The notes below the pieces were generated by a model. It worked only from the letters and a program-made list of their open reading frames with translations, had not been told where the DNA came from and did no database searches. A stretch of 63,275 nucleotides of DNA, the filler included, from Octopus bimaculoides (taxonomy: Eukaryota), in assembly GCF_001194135.2 (NCBI RefSeq). It is 8 parts of 7 records of this genome, joined end to end, with 100 filler letters (N's around TTAATTAATTAA, not from the genome) between each part and the next. Parts side by side here need not be neighbours in the genome. Positions count along the whole stretch, not along the records: positions 35,978 to 52,370 come from NC_068981.1; positions 52,471 to 56,514 come from NC_068986.1; 6 more parts are not named here. The stretch is one strand, 5' to 3'. Position 1 is the stretch's first letter; the number at the start of each line of letters is the position of its first letter. Shown in pieces: positions 41,281 through 55,009 of this stretch. A program made the translations under genes and the position numbers.

Positions 41281-43832
41281 CCATTACTACTATGGCAACG
41301 AGCTGACACAATCTTTGGCACACCGGGCAAAATACTTAGCGGCATTTCGTCTGCCTTTACGTTCTGAGTTCAAATTCCACAGAGGCCGACTTTCACTTTT
41401 ATCTTTTCGGGGTCGATAAGTCCCACTTGGGCATTGGACATTGAAGTTGGTGTAATCGACTTCTCTTATCCGCAAAATTGCAAGACCTGTGCCAACAGTT
41501 GAAAGGATTATTATTATTATTAATATTATTATTATTATTATTATCTTTATTCCTATGTTTAGAAATAGTACTTCTAACATCGAATTACGTCCCTTCACAT
41601 TCTAAGCTCAAACCCCACTGCAACGTCGACTCGGCCTTAATCTTTCTTGAGTCGATTTTATTGATTATCATATTCTTCCTCTAAAGAAAGTCAAGCTTTG
41701 TAGCAAGTTTAGATTATCCGTATTATTATAAATGCAGACTGCAATAGGCTACTGAATGTTTATTTGCGCAATAATTGTCTCAACATTCGCGTTCACATTC
41801 AGACTGGCATTACTTACCACTTATTGGTGCCTAAATTACCATTCACATTTGTCTTACTCCTATTGGTACATTTTTATCAAATAACCTCTCCTATTACTTT
41901 CTTAGTTTATCTTACTACACTAAATAATTCATTTGTGATATCTAAAACTAAATTCATGAGATAAACCACTTTGAGTGGTTGTGGGTTTAAAGACCTTTGA
42001 AATCCTTGCAAAACTTTTTACTACTGAAATCTTTTTTTTACCTGATCTGATATTATAAAACGCTAAATTTATGTTATTTAACAAACTCACTTCCAGGATC
42101 ACTGACGCATTGTTATGTATATTAATGTGATGGTTTATGAATATTAATGGTTTCTGGCAATCACATTACAACAGATATCAAATGATTCACTTTATTTATT
42201 TATTATTTTTTTTTCAGTTCCGCACACATCTCATGTTGCTTCCATTTTGCCTAGTCTCTTCCATATCACTGTTTCTACGAATTACAACTGTTCGTTGACA
42301 ATGAAACAAATAGTTAAAATTTTCGTAAAATAAAATTATTATTTAAACTTTAAATACTTCGTACTTTCGAGATCTATTCATTCTTTTTCTCCATTCACTG
42401 CTGTCTGTTTACTCCATTTTACTTTCTCTGTGAAATTTTATATGACATTATCTGCATTTGTTTTAATGGAGCAGCATTCTTTACTGACGTTTTCCATCTA
42501 AATACAGGATGTATGTCTTGTGTCTGGCGTCTTAGTTCGTTCAGACATCCTGACAGCTTCAGGCTTTGTTCATCTACACTTTCATAATGCATTACGTTAA
42601 TCTTTCTTCTTCTTCTATGGACCTTACCTATCTTTCTCACTATTGCCTGTATTTCTTTCGTCATGCATTCGCTTTCATTATTTATCCGTCTAGCCGAGTA
42701 GGGAATTCTCTGGTGCCATGTAACTAGTTACAACTCTACAATCTATCGCTTCTTTTGATTTGTGTTAAATCATTATTAAAGCAGTCGCTAGCAGAATCTG
42801 TTGAGTGATAGCATTATTATTTTGTTATATCTAGTTATGTCTCTTATTGCTCTGAGTTGCTGACAGTCAGTGCATCTTTGTGAATCCACAATGTTCTTAA
42901 GATTGTTTCTTTCAAAAATGAATGCATTTTCATCTGTTGCATTTGTATTTTTTTTTTCTGTTACTTTCTGTTGTTTCCATTGTCGCATTTCTTCTGATGG
43001 TGAATAGTGTAAGGCGTTATAATACTGAGAAGATAATTTATAGAGTGCTTTTGAAACGAGTTCGGCGTGTCCGCCCCTGATATACACATAATGCTCATTC
43101 TCTTATGTCTATCAGGCTCAGTACTTATTGTTACCTGTCACATATCCACCATTGAATTTTGCAAACTAGTTCTTTATCTATTTGAGTTTTGGATTATTCA
43201 GATCTTTAATCATTACTTTGTCAATCTGTCCTAAATGTTGTGAGTAGTAATTAATTTCAATGTCCTATAAAGGAAGAGTAGTTTAATACAGTGGTATGTA
43301 AGGGCTATAAAATGATTTTATGCCCTGTGTAGGGTTGGTAACGCTTGATTATAAATTACACATAACATAGTAACATTAATGTAAACAATATATATATATA
43401 TATATACAAATATGAGAACTATTGGTATCTAGAAAACCCAAGGTGGTAGGTAAGGCTATGTAAGTGTTATGGTGGGACCGTCTCAACACTTTCTATTTGT
43501 AATAACAAAATATGAACTTCTATCGGAATTTACATACCATGGACAAGAAGCATTTCTACACACCACTTTCCTTGGATAATAGAACAGCAACTATAACATC
43601 CTACATATATTTTAATTTTAATTTTTATCCTCTAATTTGCCTTTATACTTCTTATTTCCATACTTTTCCATAATAACTTCTTATATTGAACTCTACTATC
43701 TCCCTCTATTTGACCATCTCACATCGTCTCTGATGAATGGGTATCCCTAATATCCCAGAAACAACTGTAAGACTAACTTCCTTTTTAAATGTCTTGAAAA
43801 TTCCAGACATCCTTGGCTTTGTTGTCTCATGT

Positions 43833-43927
<95 letters not shown>

Positions 43928-44323
43928 TAGAGAAATAGAGATAGATAGATAGATCCAAATTGAGGGAGAAGAACAGGTAAAATCTGGGCTACATATGTTT
44001 CCTAACTAGCAGATCCTCTGGTGTAATAATTACTCAACGAATGGTATTCAGCTAGCTACTCATCAGGCCGAAGATACCTTAATTAAATGAAGGTTACAGT
44101 GTCGTTTGGGAATCCCAAGTTAACTCACTGAAGATATAATTTAGAATGAGTGGTGAAGCCGGAAGAAGTGAATAAAAGAAATTTTTAAAAAACAAATGTT
44201 TGAAGAAATAAAATGGTAAATAAAAGTAAAGGAAGATGTCAAATATTTGGGAGTGGCGAATCGTACACCTACCACGTACTGCTCGAAGCTTACAAACTTC
44301 CTACACTTAGATCCTTGGATCTT

Positions 44324-44361
<38 letters not shown>

Positions 44362-44963
44362 CTTGATAGGTGCATTGGCAAGGAACTATTGGCTATTGAA
44401 CCACTGTAGCTTCTCGGTAAATGTTTCTGAGCCGGTAGAGTTGCAGTATTTGGGTTTCAAACTTGCATATTTTCCCTGCAAGTTGTAAGCTAGTCATTAA
44501 TTTACAACAAAGCAACATGTATATGCACATATAAAATTGATCTATGTTGTATTAGACATTTTTTTTTTCAACAACAAGTATATCATATCGTACGATTTTT
44601 AATATCTTTTAGTCAATAAGTGAACGGAGTCTTGCAAAGCAATTTATGATATCTCTTTTTACACATGTTAAATGTAATACAAAGTGCAATATTCTAGATA
44701 CGCTATATGTTATTGATATTTGACTTAGTAGAGACAACAAACAATTAAACATATGCAGACCGACTGTAGTCAATAAACAAATAAGAATTTTACCATTTGA
44801 TAGAAAGGAGAACCTAAGACGATATTGAAATACAGTTGTGAGTTAAAATAATTACTAAAATATTTTATAGCATCAACAAAAAGCAATATTTTACCAGAAT
44901 TAGTACAAACTTAAGGATATTTATGATGCTTTTAATACAGACTGATTTTTGACAAGTCAGTTG

Positions 44964-45023
44964 ATGGCAAAAACAATAATTGTTATTGTATTTATCTTGT
45001 ATCTGGGGAGGGTCATTACGCCA
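44964..45023 (+). CDS. Possible alternative signal-peptide exon (MAKTIIVIVFILYLGRVITP) for the plus-strand gene
   Basis: Acceptor (cttttaatacag) at 44940, ATG at 44964, good n/h-region, weak phase-0 donor (GTAATA, 45024). Would join a phase-0 TAG acceptor at 51016 (VRQMKLMF...). Splice sites are weak. Confidence 0.35.
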
Positions 45024-46708
45024 GTAATAATAACACACGCACTGGTTCAATATCACTTCTTTATTGTTAGTCAATTGGCTAAATATGTTATTGTATTTAA
45101 TTGTATGCCTTTGTGCTTCGAATACATTTGTCAACGGGATCGATTTTGTATTTTCATTTGCATGATTCCTCTTAGTTACTGAGAATTTCATTCACAAAAT
45201 AAAGATTAAAAACGAACAGGTCAAAATCATTAGACTTACTATTTGTGAGAAAGGCGTTATGTAATTATGAAACCTCAAGGTATGCTATGTGTTAATTACT
45301 CTTAGAACTCGTTCCTTTTATCCAAACCAAATATTTGCTACATGTCCTTTGGTGCTCTAATGTTCGCTTCAATATACTTCTATACAGTAACTGAACTCAG
45401 TCGTCGGGATATCAGATATTTTTAAAAACTCGTCATCAGAAAGTGATATCACCTCTCTCTTATTTTTTATTTTTTTATTTCTCTTTATTTCTTTTTGCTG
45501 TGAGTCTATACTATATAGGTGCCGGAGTGACTGTGTGGGAAAAAGCTTGCTTCCCGACCACATGGTTCCGGATTCAGTCCCACTGCGTGCCACCTTGGGC
45601 AAGCATCTTCTGCTAGAACTTCGGGCCAACCAAAGCCTTGTAAGTGGATTTGGTAGACGGAAACTGAAAGAAGCCCGTCGTATACACACACACATACACA
45701 CGCACACACGCACGCATGCACGCACGCACGCACACACACACACACACTCACACACACATATATGTATTTGTGTCTGTGTTTATACCCGCCACCATCGCTT
45801 GACAACCGATGTTGATGTGTTTACGTCCCCGTAACTTAGCGGCTCGGCAAATAAGACCGATACAATAAGTACTAGGCTGACAAAGAATAAGCCCTGGGCG
45901 TCGATTTGTTCGACTAAAGGCGGTGCTCCAGCATGGCCGCGGTCAAATGACCGAAACAAGTAAAAGAATAAAGAATGTATTTCCATTTCCATTCAATTTG
46001 ATAACTCTGTTCAACTCTCTGAAATTTTCATTTCGCTTTCCTAAAGTTTTTTCCAATTATTCTGTTCTACTGTACAACTTGTCATTAGTTTCCACTCGCT
46101 TTCACCAACTCGTTTTTCATAAGAGACCAAGGAACAAACTACACATATTAACTGCCGAATGTCGGTAATTCAGTTGCAGTTTTAGGTAATTTTTATTTTT
46201 TCACTTATTTATCTTTGGCAATTCTGGAGCCTGTTTTTCTTCCTTTGTCTATTTCTGTCATATTCATCATTGCATATATAAAACAAAAGGATTAATAAAT
46301 CCAGGTGTATGTCTAAGAAAGCACTCTGTGGTTAAACGAGCTGGGTTAACTATAACAAACCATCAGCTAACAAGAAATGCAAACAGAATTAACATCCGGA
46401 ATAATTCCTCATGTATGACAAGTAGATCAAAATATCACTAAGAAGAATGTCAAGAAATTCGGTGCATATGACCACATGGAAAAAGGACGATGGTACTTTT
46501 TGGTTATCTCACCACCATTTATAAAATTGTCATTAAAAAAAACTGGTTTATCTCCCCACTAAAAAATCGAGTTAATGTGACGACAAGAGATTGGATTAAA
46601 AGAGTTAGATCCTTTTGATTCAATACTTCAACATATTGTTGACGTTTAGGCTCCTCTATAGGTATGGTATAAAATGTTATAAGATGTTTAATTTTTTCAG
46701 TTTTCATG

Positions 46709-46748
<40 letters not shown>

Positions 46749-49700
46749 TTTGTTTTATTGAGAGTTTAACAATTTTTTTAGTTGAGAGAGATGACCAAAA
46801 GTATCAATATTTCTCGTAAAATGGGGAGGCGGGTATAACCCAATTTTCTAATGGAAGTGAGATAACTAAAATGTACCAGGACGGAAAAAAAAAAAAACAT
46901 ATCTTTAAATGAAGATTATACCAAACATTTAAAGATGCGATTTTATCCAATTTTGTTCATATTGTTTTATATATATATATAGTACTGCAGCGAACTAGAT
47001 AAACAAATACAAAAAATTCTGCAGATTCATGTTCTGTTTATTTCTGACTGGTTACGAAAGAGGTAAATGGAATATATGAAAATGTCAGGAACAAATAAAC
47101 AGCGAAAATGATGGAAGAAAACAAAACTAAGAATAATACAATACGTGTAAAGTACAAAAGATCACAAACTATGATGACAAGAAACTTCTGTTCTGGATGA
47201 ATAAGCCGATCGAATGGTTTAGAAATGGTTAGCTATATATTTACGGCGCTTAAAATTAGCCACATAAGCAAGTCTACCATGTATTTCAGATTCTTCGCTT
47301 CGGCTACTATAATCAAAGCTTATATTGGTCAAATACACCAATAATGTATTCCACCAACTTGTAGCATATGTTTTGGAGATTTAACGAAATGTTTTTCTTT
47401 CTATGCATAATGAACACACGACATTTAATAGTTTCTTTCTTGAAATTATATGGAAGATCACGCTCGAAACCTATAATTTTGCTACACAGAGAATTTTAAA
47501 TACGTTCCTTTACACATTGGTGAGGAAGTCTGTAGCAAACTTGCACACGCATCTCCTCGTATATGTTCATTCTGTCTGGTTTTTTTTTTGTTTTTTCTTC
47601 TCCGTTTCACTTCTTTTTTTCTCATTTTCAAATTTCAGTCATTCGTTAACAGTGCAGTCTTGTGCAATATATGTATAAAACACAATGACAGCTGAAGATG
47701 AGAAGACAGCGTATATTTCAAAATAGTATTAATACAATTGACATGAAGTTCATATTCTGATATTTCGATTACTATATATATATATGTACGTGTGTGTGTG
47801 TGTGTATATATTTATATATATATATATGTACATGTGTGTATACATATATATATACACACACATGTATATGTATGCGTTTATATGTGTACATATGTGCATG
47901 TATATATGTGTATGTATGCATATGTCTGTGTATGAGTGAGTATGTGTATATATATGTATATGTATATGTGTATGTATATATGTATATGTGTATGTATATA
48001 TATATATGTTTATGTGTATATATATGTTTATATATGAATATATATACGCTTATACATGTGTGCATATATATATATGTTTGTGTACTTATGTGTATACATA
48101 GTTGTTTATAAATCTGTGAGCATGTATACATGTTGATGTGTATATGGTTGTATATTTACGTAAAAATAAAAGTGCACATGTGTAGACATGTGTGCGTATA
48201 TGCATGAATGTGTATGCATAAATGTATGTTTATATACTCATATTTTGTAGATATATATGTATGTATATGTGTGTGTGTGTATATGAAATAGCCTCGGTTT
48301 TCGTGTTGAACGGATTGTGGATTCGCCATTTTAGCAATCTCAGCAATTCAACTTTTAAACGTAGTAACTATCAAACATTTGTGTTATAAGCGCAATGACA
48401 CTGATTGTAATTTTAATTACTCCGGTGTTTTTTTCTTGTTGTGTGTTTTATTTTTTATTTTTTATTTTATTTTTTACACTCAAGCAATTGCTTTGACAAA
48501 GAATCTAAAATGATTTTGTCGTTTACCGTGGCATTTTGTTGTTCTTTTATTTAAGCGAAATCAGACTCGTGAGAGAACTGCCGCAGGGTTTAATATTCCA
48601 ATTTTCTTGAGTATTTGTAACTATTTAAATGAAATGGAAATAATTAATGGATGTGTCAGTTTAAAAAGAAAACTCCGTCTGATTTTAGAGGTGATGAAAA
48701 AGTGTAGTTTGCCTAATCGCACATTGGAACGCACATAACAGTCTATGAAACAATTTGTTGGTGAACTCTCCCATTTTCTTTTTATGTTGTAATGCAGCTA
48801 CTGGTAGGTTATTATTATTCAACTAAACATTAAATGAACTGCAATATGCAAATTACAGGGAATTTGTTTTTGATTGTGTCTTCAATGAAGCCAAAAATAT
48901 GCAGGTGTATATAATTTTTTGAAAACATGAGTGGCTCTGTGTGTGAGTTTTTTTATGCATGCGTGCATGTATGAGTGCGTGCGAGTATGTGGGTGTGCGT
49001 GAGTACGTGTGGGCATGTTTTGTGCATGTGTGTGTTTATATGTATGTGTGTTTGTATGCATGTGTGTGTGGATAGATAGATAGATAGATAGATAGATAGA
49101 CGCACTTTTTTCACACGTTTATAAACGATGCTGTGAAAATACAGTTGTTTTAATCATAGGTCAATTTTCATGATCAATGGTGTTCCAAGTACTTATGGAA
49201 CAATTTCTATCTAAGAATAAGTTTGTGTGTCTCTGTGGACAAACCAAACTTTCGGTATTGGTACACGACGTCATTCACCCTCAAGACCTTCCTTCATGAC
49301 ATAAAGAAGCTAAGCTGAAAAAGAGGGTGAAAGATCACCTCTGCATGTGACTCTGTTTTAGCTAATGATACGCTCATAATTCTTATTCACCAACGGTTAA
49401 ATAATGAATCTTTTGTACGTAGAGTTAGAGGGATCGCTTCTATGTGTGACTCGGTTTTGTAAAATTAATCGTTACTTGTAACTGTATGTGTCTATGCAGA
49501 AGCAAATGAGCTGGAACTGTTGAAGATGTTTCGCTAACGACATATTTGTATTAATCTTCGTTCCGGGAATTGAAGTGTGTATATTCTGGGAATTGAAGTA
49601 TGCATATGTATGTAAACACATTTCATTTAGTGAGCTCCTAGCAGACTATTTGAATACTTGCGCTCAAGTTTTGTCTTTATCTAAAATCTCTTGTTAATTG

Positions 49701-50560
49701 TATCAGATAATGAAAGCAAAACATGCGCGAATCCTATTCAACAATGTACATTCAATGCTCAAGATATTTGACAATATGATGTTTCTATTGTAATTATTTA
49801 CAACCACCTCTTCTATAATTACTGAGGTTAAGCAACATAACATCTTCGCTTTTTAAGTCTTTTCACTGTGTCTGTAACTGTTTCAGGCAAAATGGATGAC
49901 TAACAAAGTAATATACGCTGTATAATTTCCTTTATTATTATTATTATTTTTTTTTTTGCTAACTTAGTTACGTGCCTATTATAGACACCGGATATGTGAA
50001 GTTGGCTCGTTCCACTTACTGGCTTCACTTCTATCACGTGCTACGAAGAATTTTCAGTGCTTTCTTAATGAGATATTGAAAATGTATTATATAGGTAATA
50101 ATGCATCCATGAAAAATGTTTGTGATGTGTATATTAGTTATCAGACAGCCTGTTGCGGAATTACGTCAGATTTATAAGGATTTATGTTTTTCTTCTCCCA
50201 ATATATAACAATTTCAATGTTCCATGATCATAATTTCATAAAATGAAGAGCAATAAGTACACAAATGTGCCCCTCCCCACCAAATGTTATGTTTCTTCAT
50301 AACTTCCAGAAAAATGGATATTTTTAAATAAAATTTTCTACAAATACACTTCAGATTGTGTAGATTCTGAATATATGGGAATTTGTTGTGGAAACATTTC
50401 CCGTGGGTGGGGAGAAGAGTTTCGGAAAATTCACATGAGTCGGATTTGTTTTCTCGTAATTTTCAGAAAAATTAATTTTTTTAATGAAATTTTCTGTAAA
50501 TACCTATCAGAGTGTGTACATCACGATCATATCCGAATTTACTATGAGTAAAATGGTGGC

Positions 50561-50643
<83 letters not shown>

Positions 50644-51025
50644 CATTCGCTTATAATCACATATATCTACAGAATGAAACTTGAAATTTTGTCAAAAATT
50701 GTGATGTGTGTGACCATGCTCACCAACTTCCTTTTGACATCAAATTCTGCTATAATCGTAATCTATACACTCTGAAAGGTATTTGTAGAAAATTTCATTA
50801 AAAAATACCTATTTTTCCAAAAGTTATGAAGAAACAAAGCCAACTCGAATGAATTTTTAGAAACACCTCTCGCCGCCGGCAGAACACTTTTTACAACAAA
50901 TTCCGATATAATTGGAATCTATACCATCTGAAGCGTATTTGTAGAAAATTTCATTATTAAATATCCATTTTCCAGGATGTTGAAGAAAACAGTCAGATAG
51001 AATCACACTTGTGTAGGTTCGCCAA

Positions 51026-51080
51026 ATGAAGTTGATGTTTCCCACAATTTTTAACATAGCATGGCTGTGTGATTTGAAAG
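51026..51080 (+). CDS. Plus-strand gene exon 1 (coding part): MKLMFPTIFNIAWLCDLK(G), marginal signal peptide or internal exon
   Basis: ATG at 51026; AAG|GTAAAT donor at 51081, phase 1, compatible with the phase-1 acceptor at 54869. In-frame stops lie upstream (50981, 51014). Confidence 0.6.
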
Positions 51081-51907
51081 GTAAATTCTCAACCATGGGG
51101 TTCAGTCGCACGGCACAGCACTTGTGAAGTGTCTTCTGTTATGGCTCCGTCTGACTAATAACTTGCCAGTAAATGTAGTAGACGGACGAATACTGCAGAA
51201 ATCGTGTGTGTGTGAGAGAGAGAGAGAGAGAGGGGGAAAGAGAACCAGTTTTAGTTTGTTACATTCCCGTAATTCAGCAATTCAGCAACAACAAAAAACG
51301 ATAAAATAAGTATCAATGTTTTGAAGATTATTTAGGTAATGAGGTTGATTTTGATCGACCAAAACCTTTCAATGCGGTGCCCCAGCATGGTCTGACTGAA
51401 ACAAGTGGAAAAGCAAATACTTACAAATTCACTGGGGAATTAAAGCCAATAACAGTTATTCGTTGTCGTGAAATCCACACAATTAACTTCAAACGAGTGA
51501 TGCATTGATTAAATTATATGCAAATACTGATCTAGAAGTGGATTGCTTTAGCGTATTTTAAGCATCCTTACTGTGTTTATGTCACAAAACAAATATATTT
51601 TCTAGCAGAGGAGCATACATAGCTAATTGTTCTTCTATGACAAATAATGTTTCAAGCTAAACAGACAGAAAAATTCCTTGTTTTGAATCAGCATTAATTC
51701 AGTGTATGCTGCAGTCACTATTTATAACACTTACTCATATTTTCATTGTCCTTCCGTTGGTTTATTTCTTTCGTATGTAAATTATTATTTAAAATTTTAC
51801 TCTAAAATAAAGCATCTGAATACTGAAATGTGAAAGAATGCAAAAAATGGACATCAAAAGTTAAAGACAGAAAACATCATCTTGAATAACAATTTCAGGC
51901 ATTTTTC

Positions 51908-51977
<70 letters not shown>

Positions 51978-52314
51978 CAGTGGCCATATTCCCTTCCATA
52001 TCGGCTAACTCTGATGAGTGTGGAGTTATATAATCGGATTATTGGATCTTTTTTAAAACGGGGGCCACATTTTTCATTAATGTTTTACGTAGTGCTTTTG
52101 GTACCGAAAGACTTTCAAACTTCGTATACTTATCTATTTTGTGTTATAGAACAGAAAAATATTTTTGTATTCGAATTTATTTCATGTAAAAAATTGTCTT
52201 ATTTCGATAATTTCAACCAATCACTGACGTCCATTCAGTCGATATACATTAAGTGCCGACTACATAAACAAACGATTCTTCGTTTTATTTGCTTTTTTCA
52301 TTTTAAATTTGCTT

Positions 52315-52370
52315 TAACCCTAACCCTAACTCTAACCCTAGGGTTAGGGTTAGGGTTAGAGTTAGGGTTA
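52315..52370. repeat. (TAACCC)n-TA-(GGGTTA)n inverted telomere-like repeat
   Basis: Four TAACCC-type units then five GGGTTA-type units, ending at a gap. Confidence 0.85.
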
Positions 52371-52828
52371 NNNNNNNNNNNNNNNNNNNNNNNNNNNNNN
52401 NNNNNNNNNNNNNNTTAATTAATTAANNNNNNNNNNNNNNNNNNNNNNNNNNNNNNNNNNNNNNNNNNNNTCCTTTGTCTCCTTTGACTCTCTCCAGCAC
52501 CATTCCTGTTCTTTAAAGAGAAGCTTTGTGTTCCTCTAGATATGTACACCTCTTATTCGCCAATGTATTTGTTAACAGTTTCCACAAGAGTCGCAAGGAA
52601 CGGAGAGTATGCTTAGGTATACTTTTTGGTTCTGATTGGAAAATGTAGATCTTGATAACAAGCCTGAAATTTTCTCGTTGAAAACCGTGAACAGATGTGA
52701 ATAGTAGTCGAACGAACACCGAAATTGCAACTGCTATACATGCGGTAGGACCAACCAACTGAGTGATTTTTACCCGATATAGAGAAAAAGGAAAATTCTT
52801 CACTTTCACACGCTACTATTAACCTCGC

Positions 52829-53213
52829 GTGGAGGGGCAATTGCCCAGTGGTTAGGGCAGTGGACTCGCGGTCATAGGGTCGCGGTTTCGATTCTCAGAC
52901 AGGGCGTTGTGAGTGTTTATTGAGCGAAAACACCTAAAAAAGCTCCACGAGGCTCCGGCAGGGGATGGTGGCGAACCCTGCTGTACTTTTTCACCACAAC
53001 TTTCTCTCACTCTTACTTCCTGTTTCTGTTGTGCCTGTAAACCAAAGGACCAGCCTTGCCACACTGTGTCACGCTGAATATCTCCGAGAACTACGTTAAG
53101 GGTACACGTGTCTGTGGAGTGCTCAGCCACTTGCACGTTAATTTCACGAGCAGGCTGTTCCGTTGATCGGATCAACTGGAACCCTCGACGTCGTAAGCGA
53201 CGGAGTGCCAACA
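52829..53213 (+). mobile_element. SINE family B, full copy with an 11-bp target-site duplication
   Basis: TSD ATTAACCTCGC at 52818-52828 and 53214-53224. Confidence 0.9.
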
Positions 53214-53568
53214 ATTAACCTCGCAGTTATAGCAACAAGAAACGTATTCGAGAGCTGAAACCAGAAGAATAACTGAAGCCGCAACAGCTGGGTAAGAAAT
53301 AACAACAGAGACAGGAAAAAAAAATAGTCACAACAACAACGTAGTTTGCGATAGACACCTACTGAGTAATCCACAAAGAAGTTTACCTAACAAAAGAAAT
53401 GCTGCTAAATATTAGTCAAATGGACAACAACAATAACAACAACAGCTTAAACATGAGATATTAGAGCAGAAAGAGCGACAACTGCATAAACCACAGTAAT
53501 AAAATAAGTACGAAAGTAACAAAAATAGTAGCATCACCGTTAAAAGCTATCTACGACAGCAGCGACAA

Positions 53569-53956
53569 TTGTTGTTGGTACTCCGTCGCTTACGACGACG
53601 AGGGCTCCAGTTGATCCGATCAACGGAACAGCCTGCTTGTGAAATTAACGTGCAAGTGGCTGAGCACTCCACAGACGCGTGTACCCTTAACGTAGTTCTC
53701 AGGGATATTCAGCGTGACACAGTGTGTGACAAGGCTGACCCTTTGAAATACAGGTACAACAGAAACAGGAAGTAAGAGTGAGAGAAAGTTGTGATGGAAG
53801 AGTACAGCAGGGTTCGCCACCATCCCCTGCCGGAACCTCGTGGAGCTTTAGGTGTTTTCGCTCAATAAACACCCACAACGCCCGATCTGGGAATCGAAAC
53901 CACGATTCTCTATGACCGCGAGTCCGCTGCCCTAACCACTGGGCCATTGCGCCTCC
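53569..53956 (-). mobile_element. SINE family B, full copy with a 13-bp target-site duplication
   Basis: TSD ACAGCAGCGACAA at 53556-53568 and 53957-53969. Confidence 0.9.
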
Positions 53957-54400
53957 ACAGCAGCGACAACAACAACATGATATAGAACCAGGAGCAACAA
54001 TAACAATGATATTAAAAGCAAAAAAAAAAAAGCAAAAACAACATCAATAATACACGGATGACGTTGCTCCACCGTCCTGAAAATTACGATTAACGAACTG
54101 ATAAAATTCGTTAAAAACATCAATGACTAGAAATATCATAACCTCAACTTTGAATTCATGCGCTTCTTTGTCAGTTTTCTGATTTTTCTTTGCATCCTTC
54201 GATTCTGTCTTGTTTTGTCACGTATTGGCCATGTAGGGACTTTTCGTACTATCACATCATCGTATCACCTAAAATTTATCTCTTCACTATTTCCGATGCT
54301 GGATATCATTTTTCTTCATAATACTCTTTTCTGTCAACCTCTACAATGTATTTTCAAAAGTGTTTTTCATGTATGAATCGGTGTTTCATACTTAAATCAG

Positions 54401-54625
54401 GTGGAGGCGCAATGGCCCAGTGGTTAGGGCAGCGGACTCGCGGTCATAGGATCGCGGTTTTGTTTTCCAGACCGGGCGTTGTGAGTGTTTATTGAGCGAA
54501 AACACCCAAAGCTCCACGAGGCTCCGGCAGGGGATGGTGGCGAACCCTGCTGTACTCTTCCACCACAACTTTCTCTCACTCTTTATACCCTCGACGTCGT
54601 AAGCGACGGAGTGCCAAACAACAAC
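54401..54625 (+). mobile_element. SINE family B, internally deleted copy; a 3' fragment also lies at about 56375-56475(-)
   Basis: Head and tail intact; the body jumps from CTCTCACTCTT to ACCCTCGACGTCG. Confidence 0.85.
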
Positions 54626-54868
54626 ATATAAATAGTCTCTGGTTTCTCGGAGCTGGTTAGTCTCATACTCCGCACCACACACACACACCTTTCAGACTCA
54701 TCTCATCCACTCATCACTCTTTTTCCCCATCTCCCACAGTAAATCTCAAAATATTTAGGGACGGGGCAAAAAAACCGTAAGCGATTTCGTACAGCGCTTC
54801 TTCATATGTATCATGCTTTTATAATATCAACATAACAGTGGTTACATTTCTGTTTTGAATTATTGCAG

Positions 54869-55009
54869 GGGATGAGGATTGCCTCCTCGTTAATGGATAC
54901 AACATCAAGAAAGACTTGAAAAACATGTTTATTCCTTGCGTGATGGGAAAGGTTTTGGCTCACAAGTCCTGCAGCGGTGATTCAGTGTTCGATTTTGAGA
55001 AACAAATAT
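54869..55009 (+). CDS. Exon 2: chitin-binding type-2 (CBM14/peritrophin-A)-like module DEDCLLVNGYNIKKDLKNMFIPCVMGKVLAHKSCSGDSVFDFEKQI(C)
   Basis: Acceptor (tattgcag); 141-nt phase 1-1 exon if the T|GTAAAG donor at 55010 is used. Pattern C..NGY..F.x.C-x10-C-x12-C with VFD is CBM14-like. Read-through continues to TAA at 55030-55032. Confidence 0.75.
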
